Of a stretch of 23,802 nucleotides of DNA, positions 1-7,628 are shown piece after piece; position 1 is the first letter of the stretch, and the number at the start of each line of letters is the position of its first letter. Source of the stretch: an uncultured Myxococcales bacterium (lineage in GTDB: Bacteria; Myxococcota; UBA4151); assembly GCA_964013405.1 (NCBI GenBank), contig CAXGWI010000045.1:1-23802 (forward strand), in the 5' to 3' direction. The notes under the pieces were generated by a model. The model made no database searches and was not told where the DNA came from. It saw only the letters and a program-made list of their open reading frames with translations. The position numbers were made by a program, and so were the translations under genes.

Positions 1-186
1 AGCCTCGTAGGTATTGTAATGGGCTGCCTTTGCTCGCTGCCCCCAGCCTTCGAGGGCATCCTGTTGCGCCCGCGGATTGCTGTTATCGTAGCGCCCACCA
101 AGGCGGTGCATGGCATAGCCCAGGATGCCTTTGCTGCCGATGACCAAACCCAGGTAGACGATGGGTAGATAGTAGAGTGGATCCAT
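1..186 (-). CDS. MAPEG family membrane protein (runs off the window start)
   Basis: Not in the ORF track. Manual translation from ATG at 186: MDPLYYLPIVYLGLVIGSKGILGYAMHRLGGRYDNSNPRAQQDALEGWGQRAKAAHYNTYEA. It has a hydrophobic N-terminus and the MAPEG pattern DNxNPR...GWxxRAxAAHxNxxE. Confidence 0.8.
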   Translation of the reverse strand, partial: MDPLYYLPIVYLGLVIGSKGILGYAMHRLGGRYDNSNPRAQQDALEGWGQRAKAAHYNTYEA

Positions 187-281
187 GAATGTGCCGATAC
201 GAGGCTTTAGGCTGCCTCGCAATCAGATGCGTTGCATAACGAGCAAACTCAAACGTCTAGGCAGCAGTTGGAGGCAGTTCG

Positions 282-848
282 ATGCGTTTTTTTCTTCTCT
301 CTTTCCTCGTGATGAGCGCGGCGCCGGCCGAGGCGGGGCGTTTTCTCGACAGCATTCGCAATGCCGAAGGCGGCGGTCTTAGTTTCTATGACGACAGCGT
401 CGCAAACAGTCGACTGGCCGTAACCGCTGCGCCTGTTTTGCTCCCCTTAGGCATCACCAAGGCGAAGGTGGAGATGTCGCTTGGCAGCCGAGCCAGTTTC
501 AACGTTGGCCTGGCCGGGGGGAGTTGGCTTTGGCAGGGGGCCGTTCTCGGTGCAGGGGCCCAGTTTCTTGTCTATCCCACCGGGCGCTTCCACGGCGGCA
601 GTCAAATCGGCCTCTCTGCCTTCCAGTTGATCGAACTGGACGACGGCATCGCTGCCGTGCCCGAGAAAGTACTGGGCGGCCAAGACTTCCTGCTTCTCGG
701 TGGTGTCGTCGGATGGAAGCACACCACCAAAGACGGCCGGGTTTTAGAGATTCAACTGGGGGTGAACCAACTTCGGGAGGATGGCGCAGTCCATGAGAGC
801 TACCCCTGGCTCCCCACCCTCGGTTTCAACTACGGCTGGGCCCTCTAG
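282..848 (+). CDS. Exported hypothetical protein, possible small outer-membrane beta-barrel
   Basis: Signal peptide MRFFLLSFLVMSAAPAEA, Gly/aromatic-rich alternating strands, C-terminus LGFNYGWAL. The stop overlaps the convergent Rieske stop (CTAG 845-848). Confidence 0.6.
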   Translation: MRFFLLSFLVMSAAPAEAGRFLDSIRNAEGGGLSFYDDSVANSRLAVTAAPVLLPLGITKAKVEMSLGSRASFNVGLAGGSWLWQGAVLGAGAQFLVYPTGRFHGGSQIGLSAFQLIELDDGIAAVPEKVLGGQDFLLLGGVVGWKHTTKDGRVLEIQLGVNQLREDGAVHESYPWLPTLGFNYGWAL

Positions 849-1819
849 GCGACGTAAAACTGGCGACACCACTTTCGGAAGAGCCCAATCGGTCCATCGC
901 CATCACAGAGCACCGGTGGACTGATGTACTTCTTATTTTCCCAGATCGGGATGTCTTGCTCGAGTTCTCGCTCCACAGCCTGACGAAACTTCTTCGCCAC
1001 CATCTCCAACATGGCCGGATCGTCGATGGCTGAACCCGCGAGGGTCTTTCGCAGCATGAAGCTAAACCGCACGTCGATATATTCGCCATCGATAGGGGTC
1101 GCCGAACTCACAAGACAGGTTTCGGCAATGCCCCAGAAACGAGTGATGGTGAAACCGAAGCCATAGAGTTCGGAACGAATACGTCCCTCCACAGGCATGC
1201 CCCGATACGTCATGGTCGCCGGCGACTCCATGACCAGTAAATGGTCCTCCGTGGTCGCTTCAGTGGGGGGGATGTTTTGGGTCTTATGGAGATAGCGAAA
1301 ATGGGCCGAATCGACAGCGTTCTCGGCCATTTCTTGATTGTGACTGCGAATCTTCCAGCGCCGAGTGGTGTATTCAGTCCACTCCTCGTGTCCAAACTCT
1401 GGGACTTCAGGGACCTGCCAGGACGGTACAGCTTGGTCGCCGTGATTCCAGGCGAGAATCAGGCCATTGCGCTCGACCACGGGCCAGGCCCGTACTTTTG
1501 CCTTCTTCGGGATCCGCTTTGCATAGGGAATGTCGGTGCACTGCCCGTCGCCATCAAAGGCCCAGGCATGAAAAGGGCAAACGACACAATTGTCTTTCAC
1601 CTCACCACCAACGCCGAGATGAGCGCCGAGATGGGCACAATAGGCTTCAAGAAGCCGGGGCGCTCCATCTTCTCCACGAAAGAGAACCAGCTCCTCGCCG
1701 AAATAACTCAAAGGCATGACAGCACCGCTGTCGAGTTCATCGGAATAGCAGAGTTGAAACCAGCCGTTGGGATAGCTGGGCATGGGAAATCGATCGTTTT
1801 TGTCGATGGTCACGAGCAC
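845..1819 (-). CDS. Rieske [2Fe-2S] non-heme iron oxygenase, KshA/Neverland-like sterol-modifying family (copy 1)
   Basis: Rieske ligands CAH...CPFH, mononuclear Fe motif ENAVDSAHFRYLH, C-terminal DIPIWENK...DGPIGLFRKWCRQFY. A KstR box lies directly upstream. Confidence 0.9.
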   Translation of the reverse strand: MLVTIDKNDRFPMPSYPNGWFQLCYSDELDSGAVMPLSYFGEELVLFRGEDGAPRLLEAYCAHLGAHLGVGGEVKDNCVVCPFHAWAFDGDGQCTDIPYAKRIPKKAKVRAWPVVERNGLILAWNHGDQAVPSWQVPEVPEFGHEEWTEYTTRRWKIRSHNQEMAENAVDSAHFRYLHKTQNIPPTEATTEDHLLVMESPATMTYRGMPVEGRIRSELYGFGFTITRFWGIAETCLVSSATPIDGEYIDVRFSFMLRKTLAGSAIDDPAMLEMVAKKFRQAVERELEQDIPIWENKKYISPPVLCDGDGPIGLFRKWCRQFYVA

Positions 1820-1837
1820 CCCCGGGAGGGCTCAAAA

Positions 1838-1851
1838 TAGAACACGTTCTA
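1838..1851. promoter_or_regulatory. KstR-type operator 1
   Basis: TAGAACACGTTCTA matches TnnAACnnGTTnnA, 18 nt upstream of the Rieske-1 GTG. Confidence 0.85.
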
Positions 1852-1866
1852 GTTTTGCGCTAGGGT

Positions 1867-2397
1867 CTACTCAAGGCGGCCTCGCAAAGCCTGGAATAAA
1901 GGTTCGATGCTGCCCTTTGCCCCCAGGTTCTGAATCCACTTCGGCACCCAGCCTTTGAGGCGCAGCCGGAGTCGATAATCCACCAGCGTCCACTGGCCTT
2001 TGGGACCATATGGCTGCAGACGCCAGCCTCCTGCGTTCTCTGCATAGCCCCCTTTGACCTGCTCGAAGTCCATACGCCAGAGCCCGGGCTCGACCCATCG
2101 GGTTTGGCGCAACTTGGTGGCCAAGTCCCCAAGGGGAAAGGGCATGTCGATCACCATAGCGCAGCTGCGGTACTTGGCATCTCCGCTCACCTTTTTGCTG
2201 CTCGTCACCCGGGGCAAAAATCCCCCATAACCCTCGCACCGTATGACCGTCGAATAGACCCTTTCTGGCCGTGCTTTCACCAGGCCGACAGCACGCAATT
2301 CGCTCCCTATTTCGCCCCCAGAAATCTGAATTTCTCCAGCCTCCAACTGAGCCGGTGATAAGGCGAATAACCAAAGACTTAAGAAGGACATGGCCAT
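1867..2397 (-). CDS. SRPBCC/START (polyketide cyclase/COQ10-like) lipid-binding protein with probable signal peptide
   Basis: VKARPERVYSTVIRCEGYGGFLPRV and G-x-W-x-L...TLVDY patterns typical of the helix-grip fold, with a hydrophobic N-terminus. Confidence 0.7.
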   Translation of the reverse strand: MAMSFLSLWLFALSPAQLEAGEIQISGGEIGSELRAVGLVKARPERVYSTVIRCEGYGGFLPRVTSSKKVSGDAKYRSCAMVIDMPFPLGDLATKLRQTRWVEPGLWRMDFEQVKGGYAENAGGWRLQPYGPKGQWTLVDYRLRLRLKGWVPKWIQNLGAKGSIEPLFQALRGRLE

Positions 2398-2561
2398 GGC
2401 TGAATCCTAGGCGAACAGGGCCTTCGCGCAAGCCCAAGAACCCCAGTGCGAAACTTTTTTCACATGAAGGGCGTTTTTGCGCTCCCCGTTTATCGACTTT
2501 GTGTCTATGCCCCCGCCCAGCAGGAGATGATTCCTGCTCAAAAACCTGCCTGGGGAGAACA

Positions 2562-3611
2562 ATGATTCTGAAGGCTGAATATGTATGGATCGATGGTCAT
2601 GAGCCATGGGGCTTGCGCAGCAAGGTCAAGGTCATCGCAGACTTTTCGACCGGTGACTTCGACAAGGTGCTCAGTGGCGATATGGGTCCGCTGCCCGAAT
2701 GGGGATTCGACGGATCATCGACGCTACAGGCAGACGGTGACGACTCGGACTGCCTCCTGAAGCCCGTCTATGCGACGCCCGATCCCCTCCGGGACGAAAA
2801 CTCGATTCTCGTGATGTGCGAGGTTCTCAACGCTGATGGCAGCGTCCATGCAACGAACAAGCGGGCTGCGCTCAGCGACTTGGTCGCCGCCCACTCGCTG
2901 GAGAGCCTCGATCCTTGGTTTGGGATCGAGCAAGAGTTCACCATCATCGATGACGGACGGCCCCTTGGCTTCCCCGCCAATGGCTACCCTGCACCCCAAG
3001 GCATGTACTACTGCTCCGCCGGTGGTGACCGGGCCTTCGGTCGGGAGATCAGCGACGACCACATGGACGCCTGCATCGAAGCGGGCATCGCCATCACCGG
3101 TACCAACGCCGAAGTGATGCCCGGTCAGTGGGAATACCAAGTGGGTGGCCCCGGCATCGGCCCAGAGCTGGTGAGTGACCAACTGTGGCTGAGCCGCTGG
3201 CTGCTGCTAAAGATCGCCGAAGCCTATGGCATGACCGTCACCTTCGACGCCAAGCCCATGCTTGGCGACTGGAATGGTGCCGGCGCCCATACCAACTTCT
3301 CTACCAATGCAATGCGGCAAGATGGTGGCATGGCGGTGATCGAAGCTGCCTGCGAAAAACTCGGCGCTCAAGAGGCCCGGGACCGTCACCTGGCCGCTTA
3401 CGGGACCGGTACCGAGCTTCGCCTCACCGGTGCCCACGAGACCTGCTCCTGGGATGAGTACAAGTATGGCGTCGCGGACCGAACCGCTTCCATCCGTATC
3501 CCTCGCGGCGTGGCCAACGACGGCAAGGGCTACTTGGAAGATCGCCGGCCCAACGCCAACTGCGATCCCTACGAAGTGACTCGCGTGCTGCTGGAAACCT
3601 GCTGCACCTGA
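2562..3611 (+). CDS. glnII: Glutamine synthetase type II
   Basis: Start reassigned to ATG 2562 (SD GGGGAG 2552-2557), 349 aa. Motifs AEYVWIDG, WGFDGSST, FGIEQE, NAEVMPGQWEYQVG, GDWNGAGAHTNFST, RLTGAHET, GYLEDRRP. Confidence 0.95.
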   Translation: MILKAEYVWIDGHEPWGLRSKVKVIADFSTGDFDKVLSGDMGPLPEWGFDGSSTLQADGDDSDCLLKPVYATPDPLRDENSILVMCEVLNADGSVHATNKRAALSDLVAAHSLESLDPWFGIEQEFTIIDDGRPLGFPANGYPAPQGMYYCSAGGDRAFGREISDDHMDACIEAGIAITGTNAEVMPGQWEYQVGGPGIGPELVSDQLWLSRWLLLKIAEAYGMTVTFDAKPMLGDWNGAGAHTNFSTNAMRQDGGMAVIEAACEKLGAQEARDRHLAAYGTGTELRLTGAHETCSWDEYKYGVADRTASIRIPRGVANDGKGYLEDRRPNANCDPYEVTRVLLETCCT

Positions 3612-3629
3612 GTTCGTCTCACTTTCGAC

Positions 3630-3664
3630 GAAGAAGGCCTCCTTGCGGGGTCTTCTTCTTTTTT
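3630..3664 (+). terminator. Intrinsic terminator after glnII
   Basis: GAAGAAGGCCTC-CTTGC-GGGGTCTTCTTC forms a 12-bp stem (2 G-U pairs) followed by TTTTTT. Confidence 0.85.
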
Positions 3665-3705
3665 GCCCAAATTCCCCGTATAGGCTGCCCGCTTTGGAGG
3701 CTTTT

Positions 3706-4332
3706 ATGCATCGACTTCGCTGGCTTCTTTCCTTCGCCCTCTGCGCCTGCATGAACGAAGCGGTGGTTGATCTCGACGCCGGTGGTGCGGCGACGAGCGC
3801 TGATGCCGGAACGCTCGCAAATCCCGACGCCGGTCCGGTGGTTGGTCGCGGGATCTACGAACACGACGTCCTCGATGCCGCGGGAGAAACCATCCCACTC
3901 TCCCGCTTCAACGGGCAGGTGACCTTGATGGTCAACGTCGCCTCACGCTGCGGCTTCACCTATCAATATGAAGCCCTGCAAACCCTCCAGAGCCGCTATG
4001 GGGAGCGGGGTTTCTCCGTCATCGGCTTTCCCGCCAATGACTTCGGCAACCAAGAGCCCGGCACCGACGAAGAGATCCAGGAGTTCTGCACGAGCACCTA
4101 CGGAACGACCTTCCCTGTCTTCGGAAAGATCAGCGTGCTCGGTGATGACAAGCACCCCCTCTACGTGAGTCTCACCGAAGACTCGGCTGAGGACTTCCAG
4201 GGCGAGATCGGCTGGAACTTCGAAAAGTTTCTCGTCACGGGCGATGGCATCGTCGTGGGCCGGTTCCAGTCTCGGGTTGAGCCCACTGACACCCGGCTCA
4301 CCGACGCGATCGACGTGCTGCTCGGGGAATAG
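3706..4332 (+). CDS. Cys-type glutathione peroxidase family protein, predicted lipoprotein
   Basis: ATG 3706 after GGAGG. Lipobox LCAC, linker with three DAG motifs, and GPx motifs NVASRCG, FPANDFGNQEPG, WNFEKFL. Confidence 0.9.
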   Translation: MHRLRWLLSFALCACMNEAVVDLDAGGAATSADAGTLANPDAGPVVGRGIYEHDVLDAAGETIPLSRFNGQVTLMVNVASRCGFTYQYEALQTLQSRYGERGFSVIGFPANDFGNQEPGTDEEIQEFCTSTYGTTFPVFGKISVLGDDKHPLYVSLTEDSAEDFQGEIGWNFEKFLVTGDGIVVGRFQSRVEPTDTRLTDAIDVLLGE

Positions 4333-4340
4333 CCCTCGGC

Positions 4341-5447
4341 TTAGCGCTGAAACCGCCCGAGGACAGCCCGACACTCCGCTTCCATCTCGGCCATGACCTC
4401 GGCCACCGGCCGCACCGCATTCATCCGCCCGACGATCTGCCCGACAGGGCTCCCCATCAGCGGTGCCACTTGGTGGGCCCGGATCCGGGCTTCCGCTTCC
4501 GCAACGAGGACGCCTTGAAGTGGCATGGGCAGGGTCCCCGGCGAGGCATCCTCCTCCCAAGCCTGGGTCCATTCCGTCTTCAGCATCCGGGCAGGCTTGC
4601 CCGAAATCACCCGACTTCGGACCGTATCCGAACTCCCAGCAGCTAGGAGTTTTTCTTGAACTCGGCTCATGCCTCGCTCCGTCATAGGCTCTTCCTGGAA
4701 CTCGCTGCAGGTGAGCCAAATCGAGCCACACCACACCCCTTCAGCGCCCAAGCAAAGTGCGGCTGCCATCTGCCGTCCTGAGCCGATTCCACCGGCTGCA
4801 AGCACGGGGCGAGGAGCGACGGCATCCACAAGTTCAGGACAGAGCACCATAGTCGTGACCTCGCCGCAGTGCCCGCCAGCCTCGTGGCCCTGGGCAACGA
4901 CCACGTCCACGCCCGCATCGATGTGATGACGGGCATGGCTGGCCTTGCCGGCCAAGGCCGCGGTAAGAACTCCCCGCTCTCGAGCCAAGCTGATGACCTC
5001 GGGCGGCGGGGGCCCGAGCGCGTTAGCGATCAACTTGATCGGATGCTCCATGGCGATCTCGACCTGCTCGAATGCGAAACTGGTCATCCACCCTGTGATC
5101 GCCGATACATCTTCGGTCTGCGCCAGTGACGGCACGCCGTAGCGAGCGAGGATCTCATCGACAAAGTGGCGGTGTTGGGCTGGAATCATCGCCTGAAGAT
5201 CCGGCACCTTTTCGTCGGCGGCGAGCTTCATCGGCATGACCACATCGACACCATAGGGCTTGCCCTCACAGGCATCGTCCATGAAGCGCAACGCTTCTCG
5301 AAAGTCATCGGGATCCACATAGCGAATGGCCCCTAAGACCCCCATCCCACCCGCTCTCGAAATGGCAGCGGCGACTGCTGGCGATGGGGTAAAGCCCCAG
5401 ATCGGCACTCGCATTCCCAAACGATGGGCGAGTTCAGTCTGTATCAT
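4341..5447 (-). CDS. Nitronate monooxygenase/FabK-like FMN-dependent oxidoreductase
   Basis: Start reassigned to ATG 5447 (MIQTELAHRLG), immediately after the echA19 stop. Motifs AAAISRAGGMGVLG, AQGHEAGGH, AAGGIGSGRQMAAALCLGA. Confidence 0.85.
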   Translation of the reverse strand: MIQTELAHRLGMRVPIWGFTPSPAVAAAISRAGGMGVLGAIRYVDPDDFREALRFMDDACEGKPYGVDVVMPMKLAADEKVPDLQAMIPAQHRHFVDEILARYGVPSLAQTEDVSAITGWMTSFAFEQVEIAMEHPIKLIANALGPPPPEVISLARERGVLTAALAGKASHARHHIDAGVDVVVAQGHEAGGHCGEVTTMVLCPELVDAVAPRPVLAAGGIGSGRQMAAALCLGAEGVWCGSIWLTCSEFQEEPMTERGMSRVQEKLLAAGSSDTVRSRVISGKPARMLKTEWTQAWEEDASPGTLPMPLQGVLVAEAEARIRAHQVAPLMGSPVGQIVGRMNAVRPVAEVMAEMEAECRAVLGRFQR

Positions 5448-5448
5448 C

Positions 5449-6339
5449 TCAGGCTCCCTTAAACTCGGGGCTGCGCCCCTCTCGAAAGGCCCTGGCCCCC
5501 TCTCGGGCGTCCGCCGAATAGAGCACAGGCAACCCATACTCGTCCGCCGTGGCCATGGCGGCATGATCCGGCAAGCCCTCAGCTGCTCGCACGCTGGCGA
5601 GGATCTGCTGCACGGCAAAGGGGCCATTGGCCGCAATCAATCCAGCCAACTCCTTCGCCCGTTCAAGAGCTTTCCCATCGGCCACCAGTTGGCCCACCAA
5701 GCCCCAGTCGAGGGCTTCTTGGGCCGAGACCCGCCGAGCGGTCAGCAGCATGTCCATGGCTCGGGTGTAGCCGATCTGGCGCACCAGGCGGACCGTTGAG
5801 CCACCGAGGGGAAACAGTCCCCATTTGGCTTCAGTCAAACCAAAGGTGGCGCCTTCGCCGGCGACGCGAAGGTCGGTCCCCTGGAGAATCTCCGTGCCAC
5901 CGCCAAGCGCGTAACCTTCGACGGCAGCGATCAGAGGTTTTTTAAGCCGCCGGTCCCGGAGAAAGGCTTTCCAGTGCAAAGGGGTGTCATCCTGGCGGCC
6001 GTTGAGCTCGGTCTCTAGCTCTGTCACTCGGGCCTCATCACCCGCATCGTGTGCCGCTGCGATGGCGGCGTCGAGGGCATCCCGGTCCATGAAGCGCTTA
6101 TGGTAGGGATTCGCACTTTGGTCGCCATGCATCTCCTTTAGGTCTGCACCGGCACAAAAGACGCCCTCGGTCCCCGTGAGAATGGCCACTCGCAGATCCG
6201 GATCGCCGTCGATTTCGTCCCAGGCATCGGCCAAGCGGGCCATCATTTCCAAGCTGAGGGCATTACGGGCCTCGGGTCGATTGAGGGTGACCACGGCGAT
6301 GGCCCCATCCCGCTCAAGTTTCAAATGCGCTGTGGCCAT
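5449..6339 (-). CDS. echA19: Enoyl-CoA hydratase, EchA19-like
   Basis: FCAGADL and KPLIAAVEGYALGGGTEILQGTDLRVAGEGATFGLTEAKWGLFPLGGSTVRLVRQI closely recall actinobacterial EchA19. Confidence 0.85.
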   Translation of the reverse strand: MATAHLKLERDGAIAVVTLNRPEARNALSLEMMARLADAWDEIDGDPDLRVAILTGTEGVFCAGADLKEMHGDQSANPYHKRFMDRDALDAAIAAAHDAGDEARVTELETELNGRQDDTPLHWKAFLRDRRLKKPLIAAVEGYALGGGTEILQGTDLRVAGEGATFGLTEAKWGLFPLGGSTVRLVRQIGYTRAMDMLLTARRVSAQEALDWGLVGQLVADGKALERAKELAGLIAANGPFAVQQILASVRAAEGLPDHAAMATADEYGLPVLYSADAREGARAFREGRSPEFKGA

Positions 6340-6372
6340 AATTTCTTCACCCCAGGGGATTGCGAGGCAAAC

Positions 6373-6386
6373 TAGAACGTGTTTCA
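6373..6386. promoter_or_regulatory. KstR-type operator 2 (divergent echA19 / P450)
   Basis: TAGAACGTGTTTCA matches TnnAACnnGTTnnA, central in the 80-nt divergent gap. Confidence 0.85.
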
Positions 6387-6419
6387 GTTCGCCGGCAAGC
6401 CCCCCCTGGAGAAGGCGCT

Positions 6420-7628
6420 ATGGAACTGCATGAAGTCGACGTCCACAGCCCGGATATCTGGGAACAGGGCGTACCCCATGAAGCCCTGGCCCTGCTGCGT
6501 AAAGAGAGCCCAATCCACTGGCATGAAGAGCCCGGAGGGCGCGGCTACTGGGTCGTCACCCATTACGACCACATCGTCGAGATCAGCACCAACCCCAAAG
6601 ATTTCTCCAGCGCCCGGGGTGGCAGTAATATTGAGGACTACGAAGAAGAAGATCTTGAGCCGATCCGCATGCTGATGGTGAATATGGACCCACCCCAGCA
6701 TTGGAAGTTCCGTAAGCTAGTGAGCCGAGGCTTCACCCCCCGAATGGTGCGGCTCATGGAGCAGCGAATCTCCCGGGATGTGGACGAGATTCTTCAGCGC
6801 TTACCGGTGGGCGAACCAATCGATTTTGTCCGGGAAGTGGCCGCCGATCTCCCGCTACGGGTCATCTGTCGGCTCATCGGTGTGCCCGACGAAGACCTGC
6901 AAATCGTCTTTGACTACAGCAACCGTTTGATCGGCTTCGATGACCCCGAGTTCCAAACCAGCGTAGAAGATGCACGAATCGCAGCCATGGAGGTCTTTGC
7001 CTACGGTAATGAACTCGTAGAGGCCAAGGCCGACGAGATCAGCGAGGACCTCATCTATCACCTCTGTCACAGCGAGGTGGAAGAAGGTGCTGGCCTTCTG
7101 ACACGAGCCGAATTTAACGCCTTCTTCTTACTCATCTCGGTGGCCGGCAACGAGACCACTCGCAATGCCATCACCGGTGGGCTTCTCGCCTTGCTCGAAA
7201 ACCCTGAGCAGATCCAGTTACTCCGAGAGGAACCGAGCCTCATCGACAGTGCGACAGAAGAGATTCTGCGTTGGGTAACACCCGTGAATTACTTTCGGCG
7301 AACCGTGACTCGAGACCTCCACTTCCATGGCGTTGATCTCAAGGAGAACGATAAGGTCGTGATGCATTACCATGCAGCAAATCGTGATCCAAAGCTGTTT
7401 CCAGATCCCATGACCTTCGACATCCGTCGCCGTCCAAACAATCACCTTGCCTTTGGCGTCGGCGAACATTTCTGCCTCGGTGCGAGCCTCGCACGCATGG
7501 AGATCAAGGTTCTGTTCCGTGAGTTATTTAAGCGGTTCTCATCCATCGAGACCGCCGGACCCCAGCGGCGGTTACGCAGCAACTTCATCAACGGGGTCAA
7601 AGAACTACCGGTACGCTTTACCCGCTAA
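6420..7628 (+). CDS. Cytochrome P450, CYP125/CYP124/CYP142 clan; probable sterol C26 monooxygenase
   Basis: Start reassigned to ATG 6420 (GGAG upstream). Motifs MDPPQH..RKLVSRGFTPR, I-helix AGNETT, EEILR, heme FGVGEHFCLG. Confidence 0.9.
   Translation: MELHEVDVHSPDIWEQGVPHEALALLRKESPIHWHEEPGGRGYWVVTHYDHIVEISTNPKDFSSARGGSNIEDYEEEDLEPIRMLMVNMDPPQHWKFRKLVSRGFTPRMVRLMEQRISRDVDEILQRLPVGEPIDFVREVAADLPLRVICRLIGVPDEDLQIVFDYSNRLIGFDDPEFQTSVEDARIAAMEVFAYGNELVEAKADEISEDLIYHLCHSEVEEGAGLLTRAEFNAFFLLISVAGNETTRNAITGGLLALLENPEQIQLLREEPSLIDSATEEILRWVTPVNYFRRTVTRDLHFHGVDLKENDKVVMHYHAANRDPKLFPDPMTFDIRRRPNNHLAFGVGEHFCLGASLARMEIKVLFRELFKRFSSIETAGPQRRLRSNFINGVKELPVRFTR

Noticed and set aside
2271..2561. 97-aa N-terminal extension of GSII in the ORF track
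   Set aside because: It overlaps the divergent START gene. ATG 2562 has a good SD and matches the family N-terminus. Similar over-extensions were trimmed for GPx, NMO, P450, ACAD, TetR, SCP2, ltp3, fadD19 and the thioesterase.
3943..4734. 263-aa minus-strand ORF and other overlapping ORFs in the track
   Set aside because: They overlap well-supported genes and show no domain signal.
6351..6360. CCCAGGGGAT recurring before operators 2 and 4 (also 13080-13089)
   Set aside because: The spacing to the operator differs, it is absent at the other two boxes, and at 6351 it overlaps the likely echA19 RBS.
7625..7628. Convergent stop-codon overlaps at both Rieske genes (also 845-848)
   Set aside because: Common in compact genomes, with no evidence of a function.
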